NCBI GenBank assembly: GCA_964230645.1
Contig: CAXRHT010000001.1
Span: 448,001-512,000, forward strand
From: Bdellovibrionales bacterium
GTDB lineage: Bacteria > Bdellovibrionota > Bdellovibrionia > Bdellovibrionales > JAGQZY01
DNA: 64,000 nucleotides
Reading direction: 5' to 3'
The position numbers were made by a program, and so were the translations under genes. The notes below the pieces were generated by a model. It searched no databases, was not told the origin of the DNA, and worked only from the letters and a program-made list of their open reading frames with translations. Positions 10,686-20,012 of this stretch are shown one piece after another (the stretch's first letter is position 1; each line of letters starts with the position of its first letter).

Positions 10686-10973
10686 ATGGATAAATTTGAG
10701 AAGAAACTTTGCATAGCCTTTGGCGCCTATCTTAAAGAATTAAGAAACCAAGCCAAGATCACACAAAATGTTGTCGCCGACGCTTGTAACCATTCCAATG
10801 CCCAGTTCGTTTCAAACATTGAACGCGGCCTTTGCTGGCCCCCCATGAATGTGCTGGCGAAAATGTCGAAGCTCTATAATGTCCCTGCCCTTGAGCTTCT
10901 CGATAACTTTGCGGAACAAAGAAAAAAAATATGGGCCAAAGAAATGGGTATCAAACTTAACGGCCAATCCTAG
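10686..10973 (+). CDS. XRE/Cro-C1 family helix-turn-helix regulator
   Basis: FGAYLKELRNQAKITQNVVADACNHSNAQFVSNIERGLCWPP. Confidence 0.88.
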   Translation: MDKFEKKLCIAFGAYLKELRNQAKITQNVVADACNHSNAQFVSNIERGLCWPPMNVLAKMSKLYNVPALELLDNFAEQRKKIWAKEMGIKLNGQS

Positions 10974-11030
10974 CCTCTTCTTTTTCTTTAAAAATTGTTT
11001 TTATAGCTAAATTGAGACATTAATTTGTGT

Positions 11031-11148
11031 TTTTGTGGAATGTTTTAGGTAGGCCCCTTTAGTATTCTAGATTCAACCCAAACAAAACGCTCAGAACCCA
11101 CCACCCCTGAGCAGCAGGAAACCCGGGACCCCAAACCCCGGGTTTTTT
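11031..11148 (+). ncRNA. Putative small RNA cassette, copy 2
   Basis: Same promoter boxes with a different 14-nt spacer, identical hairpin loops and terminator stem. Differs from copy 1 only by small indels in the linkers. Confidence 0.65.
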
Positions 11149-11152
11149 GCGT

Positions 11153-11890
11153 TTAAGACCCATCATCAATTTTGAATGGACCACCCACGGATTGAATAGG
11201 AGTTTGATCTCCTTTTTTACTAATCCAAAATGCGAGGCTGAAAGATTGCACTCCTTTTGTTTTATTCTCTGGAACTTTTAAAGTTGTCTCAAATTGAGAC
11301 CCCTTTTTTTCAAGATTTGATCTTTGCCAATTGAGAACCACAAACTCATGCTTAAGGGTCTCCCCTGAGTTTTCGCCATATTTTACTTTTGTAGAAAGGC
11401 CATTTCCTAGCAAAGCTACATTGATGAGGAGATTATCCTCGTTGTGATTTCGTGGGACGAAAGTCACTTTTACTTGGTTGTCTCCTAGATTTTGGACCTT
11501 TAAGCTTCCTGGATTACCGTTACCGAGGTTTATGAGGGAGCGAGTGCGCCACTCTCTGCCGTCTTTGACAAAAGCGGGCGTGTAGACTCTTGAGCTCCCC
11601 CACTGACTAGCATAACGTCGTTGCCTATTGGTGAACTGTTTGTTTGAAAACCGGTCGACCCATCCTAACCGATTCCAGTAATCCACATGAAAATTGAGAG
11701 GGACAAAATCTTTCCAAAGTTTTGGGTGATTTTTTAATCCTGCCACCCAGCGGTCTGCTGGCGGGCAACTGCTACACCCCTCAGAGCTATAGAGTTCAAT
11801 TAAAGACACCTGGTTATTACCGCTTTCAAAAAGGATGGGGGATTCTTTAGCAAAAACTAATGATACGAGAAATATAAGACTTGAAATCAA
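11153..11890 (-). CDS. DUF1223-type secreted thioredoxin-like protein
   Basis: LIELYSSEGCSSCPPAD, FHVDYWNRLGWVDRFS, RQRRYA...VYTP, GENSGETLKHEFVV. Start moved to TTG 11890 on the basis of an AGGAGA RBS. Confidence 0.88.
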   Translation of the reverse strand: MISSLIFLVSLVFAKESPILFESGNNQVSLIELYSSEGCSSCPPADRWVAGLKNHPKLWKDFVPLNFHVDYWNRLGWVDRFSNKQFTNRQRRYASQWGSSRVYTPAFVKDGREWRTRSLINLGNGNPGSLKVQNLGDNQVKVTFVPRNHNEDNLLINVALLGNGLSTKVKYGENSGETLKHEFVVLNWQRSNLEKKGSQFETTLKVPENKTKGVQSFSLAFWISKKGDQTPIQSVGGPFKIDDGS

Positions 11891-12058
11891 AGCTTCTCCT
11901 TTTCTTTTAATTATTCGTCCCAAACAAGAGTTTGTGACATCAAGAGACAAGTCTTCGCCTGTCACCCTAAACGACAGCCGTGAAGAAAAAACAGGGCTCT
12001 TCCAGCTTTATTGACATCTATTGGTCTTTCTTAAAAAATAGGCTTTTTCTAAGGACTT

Positions 12059-13063
12059 ATGCCAATGAATTCATTTAGAGCGCCCATTAACATTCCTCAA
12101 CTCTCCTCGGATAGCCCCTTTGACCCAGAAAAACATCTACAGTTGACCGAGCCTGATAAAATTTGGACTCTCACCGACTTTGGCTACACACCCGAGCAAC
12201 AGAAAGACTCGCCTTATCCGATCGCGGTGACCTCCCCATTCCGAATTTTAAGTGATGAGGGTGTAAGTCTCCTTCGCCAAATTGTTCATGAGCTGACACA
12301 GTTTAAAAGAAAATCAGACCGAATGGCCAACTACATTCGAGGGGCTCTTTACTACTCGCAATTTTTAAGAGATTTCTGCCACAGCCAAGAAGTGAACGAC
12401 TTTATCTCCAAACTGGCTGGAGCACCGGCCAGGCCTCACCCCATGAGTCTTTACCAGGCTCATATTAATTTGAAGCCAGAGGATGCGAAAAAAGAGGTGG
12501 ATCGCTGGCACACAGACACAGTGATTCTCGACTACGTTCTTATGTTAACGGATCCAAAAAGTTTTGAGGGTGGGCACTTTGAGTTTTTCCAGTGCACCCG
12601 TCGTGAAGCCATTCGCTCACTGGTTAAAGAAGATGGTCTTCCTAATGTGGTAAAAGTGGAATTTCCAAAAGCTGGCTTTGCCATTCTTCAGCAGGGCCAC
12701 AAAGTGGTTCACAGGGCCAATCGTGTGGACGCCGGCAATGAAAGAACAACTCTTGTACAAAGCTTTATTCCGACCACAGCGGAATTCGCCGATATTTCGA
12801 GGCTCGCGGATTGTAAGCTTGTGGACCCGCCAGAGTATCTCTACACCGAATGGGCTCGCTATAAGGCTCTGATGGCCTCAGAGAAGCTTCAGACTCTGAT
12901 CGCTAAACTTCCCTACACAACGGACAAAAGCTTTATTAGTCACGAGCTGAGAATGGCCATTCGCGATGTTGAACAAACCATCTTTGAACTCAATGATCCT
13001 TCCGATGGCCAACTCGTGCATTTTTCAGATGATCCCCTTGAGGGACTTCTCCCAGAGGGATAA
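12059..13063 (+). CDS. Hypothetical protein, probable Fe(II)/2-oxoglutarate dioxygenase-like fold
   Basis: VDRWHTD (HxD), YVLML...GGHFE, distal QGHKVVHRA and a later Arg (ERTTLV), consistent with a facial-triad dioxygenase. Confidence 0.6.
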   Translation: MPMNSFRAPINIPQLSSDSPFDPEKHLQLTEPDKIWTLTDFGYTPEQQKDSPYPIAVTSPFRILSDEGVSLLRQIVHELTQFKRKSDRMANYIRGALYYSQFLRDFCHSQEVNDFISKLAGAPARPHPMSLYQAHINLKPEDAKKEVDRWHTDTVILDYVLMLTDPKSFEGGHFEFFQCTRREAIRSLVKEDGLPNVVKVEFPKAGFAILQQGHKVVHRANRVDAGNERTTLVQSFIPTTAEFADISRLADCKLVDPPEYLYTEWARYKALMASEKLQTLIAKLPYTTDKSFISHELRMAIRDVEQTIFELNDPSDGQLVHFSDDPLEGLLPEG

Positions 13064-13075
13064 TAAGTGAGAGCT

Positions 13076-14077
13076 TTATTTTTTGGCTCTCCAAAGAGAG
13101 TCGACGAAATAGCCCTTTTTATCACTAAAGTTTTTCACGATTTCAAATCCACAGCTAGTGGCCAAGTATTCGATATCGCTTTCTAGATATTTGTAGGAGT
13201 ACTCCATATGAATCGCCTCCCAAGGTTTGAAAGAAAACTCTTTATCTAAATCTTTAATAAGAACCTTTTGGTGACATTGCGAAATTAGGTAGCTCTCCAT
13301 AGCCCCCGTTTGAACACTATAAAGCCCTTGGTGCTGAAAGTTTTCCCTCTTAAAATCACCCCCAAGACACTCATTGATGCGATCAAGGACATTAAAGTTA
13401 AACTCTTTGGTGACTCCCTCGGAATCATTGTAGGCGTGATAGAGGGTATCCAGATCTTTTTTTAGATCAAAACCTATTAACACATAATCGCCGTCGTTGA
13501 CCGAATACCAAAGATGGCGCAAAAAACGCATAGCTAGCGGACGACTGAAATTACCGATATTTGAACCTAAGAATAAAACAAGGTTTCTTTGACTGGCTTT
13601 TTCGGTCAACCAATTAAGCCCCTGGAAGTACTCGGCCACAAGGCCCTGTACATCAAACGGAATCTCTCCCCATTTTTCTTTAAGGTTATGGACCAAAAAT
13701 TCTACAGCGGCTTTAGAAATATCGAGAGGAACAAAATGAAACTGGGAATTATTTTTTAAAATCTGATCAATCAAAAGAATAGTTTTAGCACCATCACCGC
13801 AACCAAGCTCCACAAGATTAAACTCCTCATCTTTAAGGTAGCTTATTATCTCTTCCCCACGATCTCCCAAAATCTCTGCCTCGCATTGAGTGGGATAATA
13901 CTCTTCAAGACCCATGATTTTTTTGAAGAGTTCACTGCCCTTATCATCGTAAAACAAGTGGGACGGCAAACCCTTTGGATTTTTACTCAAACCCTCCAAA
14001 ACTGAAAGTGCCATTTCGTGGGTTGGATGAGTGTTGCCACCTTGATTTAAGACCTCAATATTAACGTTCTCCGACAT
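13076..14077 (-). CDS. egtD: L-histidine N(alpha)-methyltransferase (EgtD/EasF family)
   Basis: LFYDDKGSELF, EEYYPTQCE, LVELGCGDGAKT, FLGSNIGNF, AYNDSEGVTKEFNFN, EAIHMEYSYKY. Confidence 0.9.
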   Translation of the reverse strand: MSENVNIEVLNQGGNTHPTHEMALSVLEGLSKNPKGLPSHLFYDDKGSELFKKIMGLEEYYPTQCEAEILGDRGEEIISYLKDEEFNLVELGCGDGAKTILLIDQILKNNSQFHFVPLDISKAAVEFLVHNLKEKWGEIPFDVQGLVAEYFQGLNWLTEKASQRNLVLFLGSNIGNFSRPLAMRFLRHLWYSVNDGDYVLIGFDLKKDLDTLYHAYNDSEGVTKEFNFNVLDRINECLGGDFKRENFQHQGLYSVQTGAMESYLISQCHQKVLIKDLDKEFSFKPWEAIHMEYSYKYLESDIEYLATSCGFEIVKNFSDKKGYFVDSLWRAKK

Positions 14078-14375
14078 GGGTTTCTCCTTGATCCCACCTC
14101 TAGTATCGAAGAATTTATAAAATGTCTCGGGGGCCCGCGTATGATTTGAGCCTCTAAAGCTCTTTCCTTTGTTTTGAACTGAGATTTTGCCTCTTAACGG
14201 AAAAAAAATGGAGAGGAGCTGACCAGGGACTGATCAATCTAACTAGCCCTCAGGCGAGAAAAACTGAAGGAGGTCCCCCTTTTAGTACAGGATTTCGACA
14301 AAAAAATGCAAAGATAGCGACCCTGCACTTTATCAGATAGCCTATTATGAGAGCATGGGAAATGGGGGATGAGTA

Positions 14376-15821
14376 ATGAATCAACGCTTCAAAGCCTTAG
14401 GGGCGATATTTATATTTGCTGGAATCATTCTATTTGGATTTCAAAACTGCTCAGAAATTCTAGGGGAAAGTCAGGTTCAAACTCTTCAAAGCACTTGCTC
14501 ACAAAACCCGGTCAATCAATCTAAAATGCTTATTTCCCCGAGCACTCTTCACGACCCAAATCTTAAAAGTTCTCTATCTCTTTTGATTCACCCACGCTGC
14601 CTTCTCACTCAAGAAGAAGAGTTACATTTTTTCGACCAAGCCCTTGAACTTACAGAGGCACAAAAAGAACTTTCAAGTGTGGCCCTACCTCTTTGGGAAG
14701 AAAGTCCGATCGACTCTGAACTATTAGAAAAGGAACTCGCCAAATCAGAATGCTTTTTAGGTCTAACAAGTGATCCGCTTTTAACTTCGAGCCAAATCTC
14801 AAAATCCACTCCCCTCACTGATGACCCTGAGGTGATAAATCAAAGACATCTCAACTTTACCGAGTACCAAAAAAGTTCGAACGAGACTCAAAAAGAAAAA
14901 GTAGTTATTGCCATCATTGATACCGGAGTCGATTATGAGCACACCGACCTGAAAGCACGTATGTGGCAGAACGCGCGTGGAGAACACGGCTTTAATTTTG
15001 TGGATAATAACAATGATCCTATGGATGATGACGGACACGGCACTCATATCGCAGGACTGATCGCGGCTGAAGAAAACAATGGTTTTGGGGTGGCAGGTCT
15101 TACCGGAGACTTTGTTGAAATCATGGCTATAAAGTCACTCCCTTCCAGACAAGCCGGTCGCACCAGTGACATTTATAACGGCATTGAATACGCTATAAAC
15201 AACGGCGCTGACATTATTAGTTTGAGTATCTACGCTGAAGGCTTAAACCCTTTACTAGAGTCGGCCATCATCAAGGCTATACAGCATAATATTATTGTGG
15301 TTCTTGCCATTGGAAACCAAAGTAAGAAATTAAGTTCCAATGACCCCGTAGCACCAGCCTACATCGGAGCCGCTTTAAATGGTGCCGTCACTGTGGCCTC
15401 TGTGGATACGGTTTCCGGTGAGCTTTCCTTCTTCTCAAACTATGGTGACAAGTTTGCTGAAGTCGCAGCACCGGGGGCTGAGAATGGTGGTCTCAGAGAT
15501 CAAGGTCTTTTATCAACTCTGCCTGGTGAAAACTGGGGGCGCCTGCGTGGAACCTCGCAAGCCGCTCCCATTGTTTCAGCCATGGCGGCCACATGGATTA
15601 GCTTTCTGAGATCTAACAATATTTCTTATACTCCAGAGATGCTTGAAAAACTTTTACTCGCTAAAGGCACAAGGTCTTTTGAGGCGCTATCAGAGAAAAT
15701 CACCCAAGGTCGGGTGATTAATTTTAAAGTGATGAGTGAGAACTTAGAAAAAAACAAAGTTCTGTCTTTTTTTAAATCTCAAAAACAAGAGGGCCTCTGT
15801 TCAACAACCCCCTTGAACTAA
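14376..15821 (+). CDS. S8 subtilisin-like serine protease, FQNC-type lipoprotein
   Basis: IAIIDTGVD, HGTHIAG and GTSQAAP catalytic triad motifs; signal ends LFGFQNC. Confidence 0.92.
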   Translation: MNQRFKALGAIFIFAGIILFGFQNCSEILGESQVQTLQSTCSQNPVNQSKMLISPSTLHDPNLKSSLSLLIHPRCLLTQEEELHFFDQALELTEAQKELSSVALPLWEESPIDSELLEKELAKSECFLGLTSDPLLTSSQISKSTPLTDDPEVINQRHLNFTEYQKSSNETQKEKVVIAIIDTGVDYEHTDLKARMWQNARGEHGFNFVDNNNDPMDDDGHGTHIAGLIAAEENNGFGVAGLTGDFVEIMAIKSLPSRQAGRTSDIYNGIEYAINNGADIISLSIYAEGLNPLLESAIIKAIQHNIIVVLAIGNQSKKLSSNDPVAPAYIGAALNGAVTVASVDTVSGELSFFSNYGDKFAEVAAPGAENGGLRDQGLLSTLPGENWGRLRGTSQAAPIVSAMAATWISFLRSNNISYTPEMLEKLLLAKGTRSFEALSEKITQGRVINFKVMSENLEKNKVLSFFKSQKQEGLCSTTPLN

Positions 15822-18733
15822 AGCTGCCTGACCTCAGTTTCATAGATGGTTTCCACGAGTTTCTTTGTGACTTCAGGGTTGTTATCAATAGACTTGAGAA
15901 GCTCCTCTTTTTTTGCCTCTAATTTTGGATTTAAAAAGGCTGAAATGGCTATTTTTGTTTTCAGGCATTTTTTCACATCTTCATCGCACTTTTCAGGAAC
16001 CTGCCCCAACACATTCTGAATGTAGGGCTCTTTTCGCATGGCCAGAAGATAGCGGTAGCGCTCAAAAAGCTCGGCCGCTAAAGGGAGCTCTTCGTTGGTT
16101 GATGAGGGTTTGGATTTTGGATTTTTATTAAGTAGGTATTCATATTGTTCCATTTTTTTGGACTTCTTTTTAGAAGCGATACTTTTACCTTTTTCACCAA
16201 AGACGTCTTGACGAGCCAAAGATATACGGCCCGCAAATAAGGGATCCACTGACAATAAAAACTCAACACCCTTTTCATAAAAACTTTCAGGCAATTGGTT
16301 TTTTACTTGCTCCCATAAAAGCTTATCGGGTCCATGTGATTGTACTGGGAACTTTGATTCCATGGCTTGCATTTTTTCTTTCTCGCTAACAGGCATGACA
16401 AAATACTTGTTGGCTAATTCTTCATGCTGAATGACCGAATTTTGAAAAAAAGCTCTCCCTGACTGGTAGGCCAGGGTTGGATGATACAGGCTGTGCATAA
16501 GTTCTGAGCGTTTCGCTAAATCTGTCACGGCAGGATCGGTTAAAAGCTGATGGTATAAAATACCAACTCCCCCTTCTCTTTCAACAGAGGTGTAAATCTC
16601 GGGAACCTGCTCAGCTTTCTTTTTAATCTGCTCTAGATTAACGGAGAGATCATCGTTACTGGCCATAATGATGGTCGCTGCTCCCCCGGCTCCCCAAAGG
16701 GTCACATTCTTGAAAGCTCTTTTAAAATTAAAAAGAATGCTTAAAAATCCCGGCTCCGACATGGCAAAAAGAGGGAACCACTGCGAATAGATGCCGTCTT
16801 TTTTTAACTTGCTCGAAGCCTCTTTTAAAAACTCGAAAGTATAAATTTTTTCGACACCCGTGACCCATGTGTTACTGGGTTCAGAAAAAATAATATCGTA
16901 TTTCTTTTCCTCGGTCTTTAAAACCTTGTAGGCATCATCATTAACAATTGTAACTTTATCCATATTGTCTTTTAAATTAAAGTTCCACTCGTCAAAATAA
17001 GGAAGGGCGCGAATCACGCCATTGGCGATTTCAGCCACCTTGACACTTTCTGTGTCTGGAAAAGAGGCCGCAATTCCGGCACTTAATCCTGAGCCCAGGC
17101 CAATGATAAAAATATCAGCGTTGGAGTTGGTGATGCTCAAGGGTAACAAGGCTGTCATTGAACGAGTGAACTGATCCCCTTTGGTATGAGCATCGGGCTT
17201 ACCATTGACAAAAACCGCTCTATCGCCAGAGCCTGTTTCAACAACCACAGTGTATGTATTGACTCCGAAGTCAGAAAATAGAATTTTCTGCTCTTCTTCG
17301 CGATACCTTCGGTTTTCTTCTTGGTTTTTTAAGTATTCTTTTTTTGTTTTAGGTGGCACGAGGTTTCCGAAAAATTGGCCTGGAACAAAATCACTATCTT
17401 TCCACTGAGGAACAAGCAGAGGAAAAATCAAAGCAATGAGAATTGGAACCGTGACGATGGCCCAGACTCTTCTCTTGGCCTTAATCGCAAGGACCATTGC
17501 CACACAAATCCCTGTTAGAAACATGATTACAAAGAAGACTTCTAAAACATCTAAAATAAAAAACGCCAGATAACCTAGCAGAATTGATCCTAAAACCGCT
17601 CCAATAGAATTCACGGCATACATAAGTCCCGCGGTCTGATTGAGAAACTGCCCTCGTCGCTTTAATTGTTGAAAAAGCAGAGGGAGAGTCATACCCATGA
17701 AGAATACGGGCCCAAGAACTAACAACTGAAATGTTAGAAAGACTGTCACCCAGTAAGGAATAAAATTAATTTCCGAAGGAGAGAAGAGTAGTCTCACCCG
17801 TGAAAGCATACTGGGCATTGAGGGAATCAAATAAACGAAAACGGCAAGAGAGATCATCAAACCGGCTTGAGAAAATATGAGCCAACGAAGACCGGTCTTT
17901 GCATTTGATTTCGAGGCCGCCATACTCCCTAGGGCAATCGATAAAATAAAAGCGGCAACAATTACTGTGTAGGAGTAATTAGAACTTCCAACGGTCAATC
18001 CCGCGAGCCGGATAATAATGTTTTCTAAACCAAAACTAATAAAACCTGATAAAAAGGCAAGCCCCAGAAGTCTATAGTCATGCTTAACCTTTGAGGCTTC
18101 TTTCACAGGCTCAAAGCCTTCAAAATTTCTTGATGAAGCTCGGCAGTATACAATCAGGAAAACACAAATCAAACAATTGAGGATTCCTGTGAGATTCAGA
18201 GACTGCGCCAATCCTAACCACTCTATTAAGATGAAACCGGCTGTCAGAGTTCCAACAAAAGCTCCGAGAGTATTAAGACCATAAACCCAAGCGTGAACCT
18301 TATGACCTTCCTCTAACTCTTTACTCATTCCCTGAGTCAAAAGAGGAATAGTTCCACCCATAAGAAAGGTAGGAAAACCAATCAGTAGAAGTGCAAAAAA
18401 TCCACTGCTCGCAAAGTGCATAAACGAATGGGAGGGGTAAGAGGGCCAGACCTCGTAAAGGTACTTAAAAACAGCCGGTGACAAGATCGCATAAACACCA
18501 ATAAGCCCCTCAAGATAAGCGTAAGAAAGGATTCGGTTGGAACCCAACTTATGTCCATAGCGCCCCATGATCTGGTAACCCAGAGCTAGAAAAAGAAAAA
18601 AACAAGAAAGTGTCAGAGAGGTTGAAAGAGCGTGGCTCCCAAGATAGATGGAAAGGTATTTCTGCCAAACCACTTGATAGATAAGTCCCGTGAAGCCAGA
18701 AATAAAAACAATTACAAGTACTAAAAATGCCAT
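15818..18733 (-). CDS. Membrane-fused spermidine-synthase-like (SAM/dcSAM-dependent) transferase, paralog 1
   Basis: N-terminal multi-TM domain (ISGFTGLIYQVVW, PTFLMGGTIP, YGLNTLGA), then VNGKPD, IIGLGSGLSA, DDAYKVL, YDIIFSEPSNTW. Confidence 0.88.
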   Translation of the reverse strand: MAFLVLVIVFISGFTGLIYQVVWQKYLSIYLGSHALSTSLTLSCFFLFLALGYQIMGRYGHKLGSNRILSYAYLEGLIGVYAILSPAVFKYLYEVWPSYPSHSFMHFASSGFFALLLIGFPTFLMGGTIPLLTQGMSKELEEGHKVHAWVYGLNTLGAFVGTLTAGFILIEWLGLAQSLNLTGILNCLICVFLIVYCRASSRNFEGFEPVKEASKVKHDYRLLGLAFLSGFISFGLENIIIRLAGLTVGSSNYSYTVIVAAFILSIALGSMAASKSNAKTGLRWLIFSQAGLMISLAVFVYLIPSMPSMLSRVRLLFSPSEINFIPYWVTVFLTFQLLVLGPVFFMGMTLPLLFQQLKRRGQFLNQTAGLMYAVNSIGAVLGSILLGYLAFFILDVLEVFFVIMFLTGICVAMVLAIKAKRRVWAIVTVPILIALIFPLLVPQWKDSDFVPGQFFGNLVPPKTKKEYLKNQEENRRYREEEQKILFSDFGVNTYTVVVETGSGDRAVFVNGKPDAHTKGDQFTRSMTALLPLSITNSNADIFIIGLGSGLSAGIAASFPDTESVKVAEIANGVIRALPYFDEWNFNLKDNMDKVTIVNDDAYKVLKTEEKKYDIIFSEPSNTWVTGVEKIYTFEFLKEASSKLKKDGIYSQWFPLFAMSEPGFLSILFNFKRAFKNVTLWGAGGAATIIMASNDDLSVNLEQIKKKAEQVPEIYTSVEREGGVGILYHQLLTDPAVTDLAKRSELMHSLYHPTLAYQSGRAFFQNSVIQHEELANKYFVMPVSEKEKMQAMESKFPVQSHGPDKLLWEQVKNQLPESFYEKGVEFLLSVDPLFAGRISLARQDVFGEKGKSIASKKKSKKMEQYEYLLNKNPKSKPSSTNEELPLAAELFERYRYLLAMRKEPYIQNVLGQVPEKCDEDVKKCLKTKIAISAFLNPKLEAKKEELLKSIDNNPEVTKKLVETIYETEVRQL

Positions 18734-18823
18734 AACCCCTCTTTCTCTGAGACTTTGGTTTTATATTCTAGGACAGATCCCACGAATAGCTATTCTCATT
18801 GCATCAGACAATGACCTAAATCA

Positions 18824-19005
18824 TGTGGTCTTGAGCGAAACCCCATTGTCATCCTGTGCAAAGCAAAACCCCATTGTCATCCTGAGCGAAGCGAAACCCG
18901 GTTGTCATCCTGAGCGAAGCGAAGGATCTTAGGTCTTTCGCTGCGCTCAAGACGACATGTCTTTGCCCAAAGCGACGGGCACTCCACGCTCAGGATGACA
19001 ATGGG
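18824..19005. repeat. REP-like palindrome (core 18904-18956) with 28-bp tandem sub-repeats
   Basis: Core GTCATCCTGAGCGAAGCGAAGGATCT-T-AGGTCTTTCGCTGCGCTCAAGACGAC; left-hand units start at 18841, 18869 and 18897. Confidence 0.85.
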
Positions 19006-19279
19006 CAATCCACCAGACAACTGTAAAAATAGTGTTTCATTGTGAAACAATTTGGAATCACGAAGCTAAAAAGACCCAAAAGTTTCCTAAAATAAATTTA
19101 ATTGATAAAAAAACACTCAAAGTACTTTAAAACAGCCCTTGCATGACCTAAGTCCAGCTTGTTTCGATTCTAAAAATCTCACTATGAGAATGTTGGTCTA
19201 ATTCTTAATTTTTACTTTACCCTCTGAAAAATCTGCCGATATACTAGTCATGTGTAAAACTTTTTACAAAGGGGTAATA

Positions 19280-19867
19280 GTGTCACAAAAACTAACTAAT
19301 CTGGTTAAATTACTAAAAAAGAAAAATAAAGGATTCTCGTTGATCGAGCTCATGGTTGTTGTTGCCATTATTGCTATCCTTTCAACGATTGCAATTCCTA
19401 GTTACCAAATGTTCCAAGCAAAAGCTCGTCAGAAAGAGGGATTTGCTCTTATGGGTGGTTACTATTCAGCAGCTCACGCGGCTCGTGCTGAGTACAGTCA
19501 GTTCCCTGGAAACTGGGTAGGAACTGGATTTGCGCCTACTGGTACTCTTAACTACAACCTTAGATCCGCTGACAATGGTGGATTCACTCTTCCGTACATG
19601 CAAACGACAGATGCTGGATGCGTTACCGGAACAGCGGCATGTGCTTGTGGTGGTGCTTGTATGAACTTTAAAGAATGGAAAATGGGGATAGTTGGAATGG
19701 CTGGTCTAAACCTCGGTTATGCCAACCCGATGACCGCTGCAACTACAGCAGGAAACAACTTCTTGATCGCCGTTGCTGGTGTTCCTTCTACGAAGTCTGC
19801 CAACATTGATGAATACAAAATGGATCATGAAAAAACTGTTGAGATGGTTACTGACGGTCTTAAATAA
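19280..19867 (+). CDS. pilA: Type IVa pilin
   Basis: Class III signal KKKNKG|FSLIELMVVVAIIAILSTIAIPSY...AKARQKE. Probable GTG start at 19280 after GGGG. A GCCGATAT (sigma28 -10-like) lies at 19235-19242. Own terminator follows. Confidence 0.85.
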   Translation: MSQKLTNLVKLLKKKNKGFSLIELMVVVAIIAILSTIAIPSYQMFQAKARQKEGFALMGGYYSAAHAARAEYSQFPGNWVGTGFAPTGTLNYNLRSADNGGFTLPYMQTTDAGCVTGTAACACGGACMNFKEWKMGIVGMAGLNLGYANPMTAATTAGNNFLIAVAGVPSTKSANIDEYKMDHEKTVEMVTDGLK

Positions 19868-19890
19868 TTCATTTTGTTAAATCGCTATTA

Positions 19891-19926
19891 CAAAAAAACC
19901 ACAACATTTGTTGTGGTTTTTTTTTG
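19891..19926. terminator. Bidirectional terminator between pilin and paralog 2
   Basis: AAAAAAACCACAAC-ATTT-GTTGTGGTTTTTTT. Confidence 0.85.
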
Positions 19927-20012
19927 CTCAAGACAACTCTTCTAATAATTCTTCCCTTATAATCATTTTACCGAGAAAACCTTGTGGCTCAGGGCTGGAG
20001 TTTCTTTGAGAT

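Noticed and set aside
14208..14272. Glycine riboswitch (GGAGAG...CTCAGG...GAAGGAG)
   Set aside because: The motifs are in the wrong order for the aptamer and the neighbouring genes are unrelated to glycine metabolism
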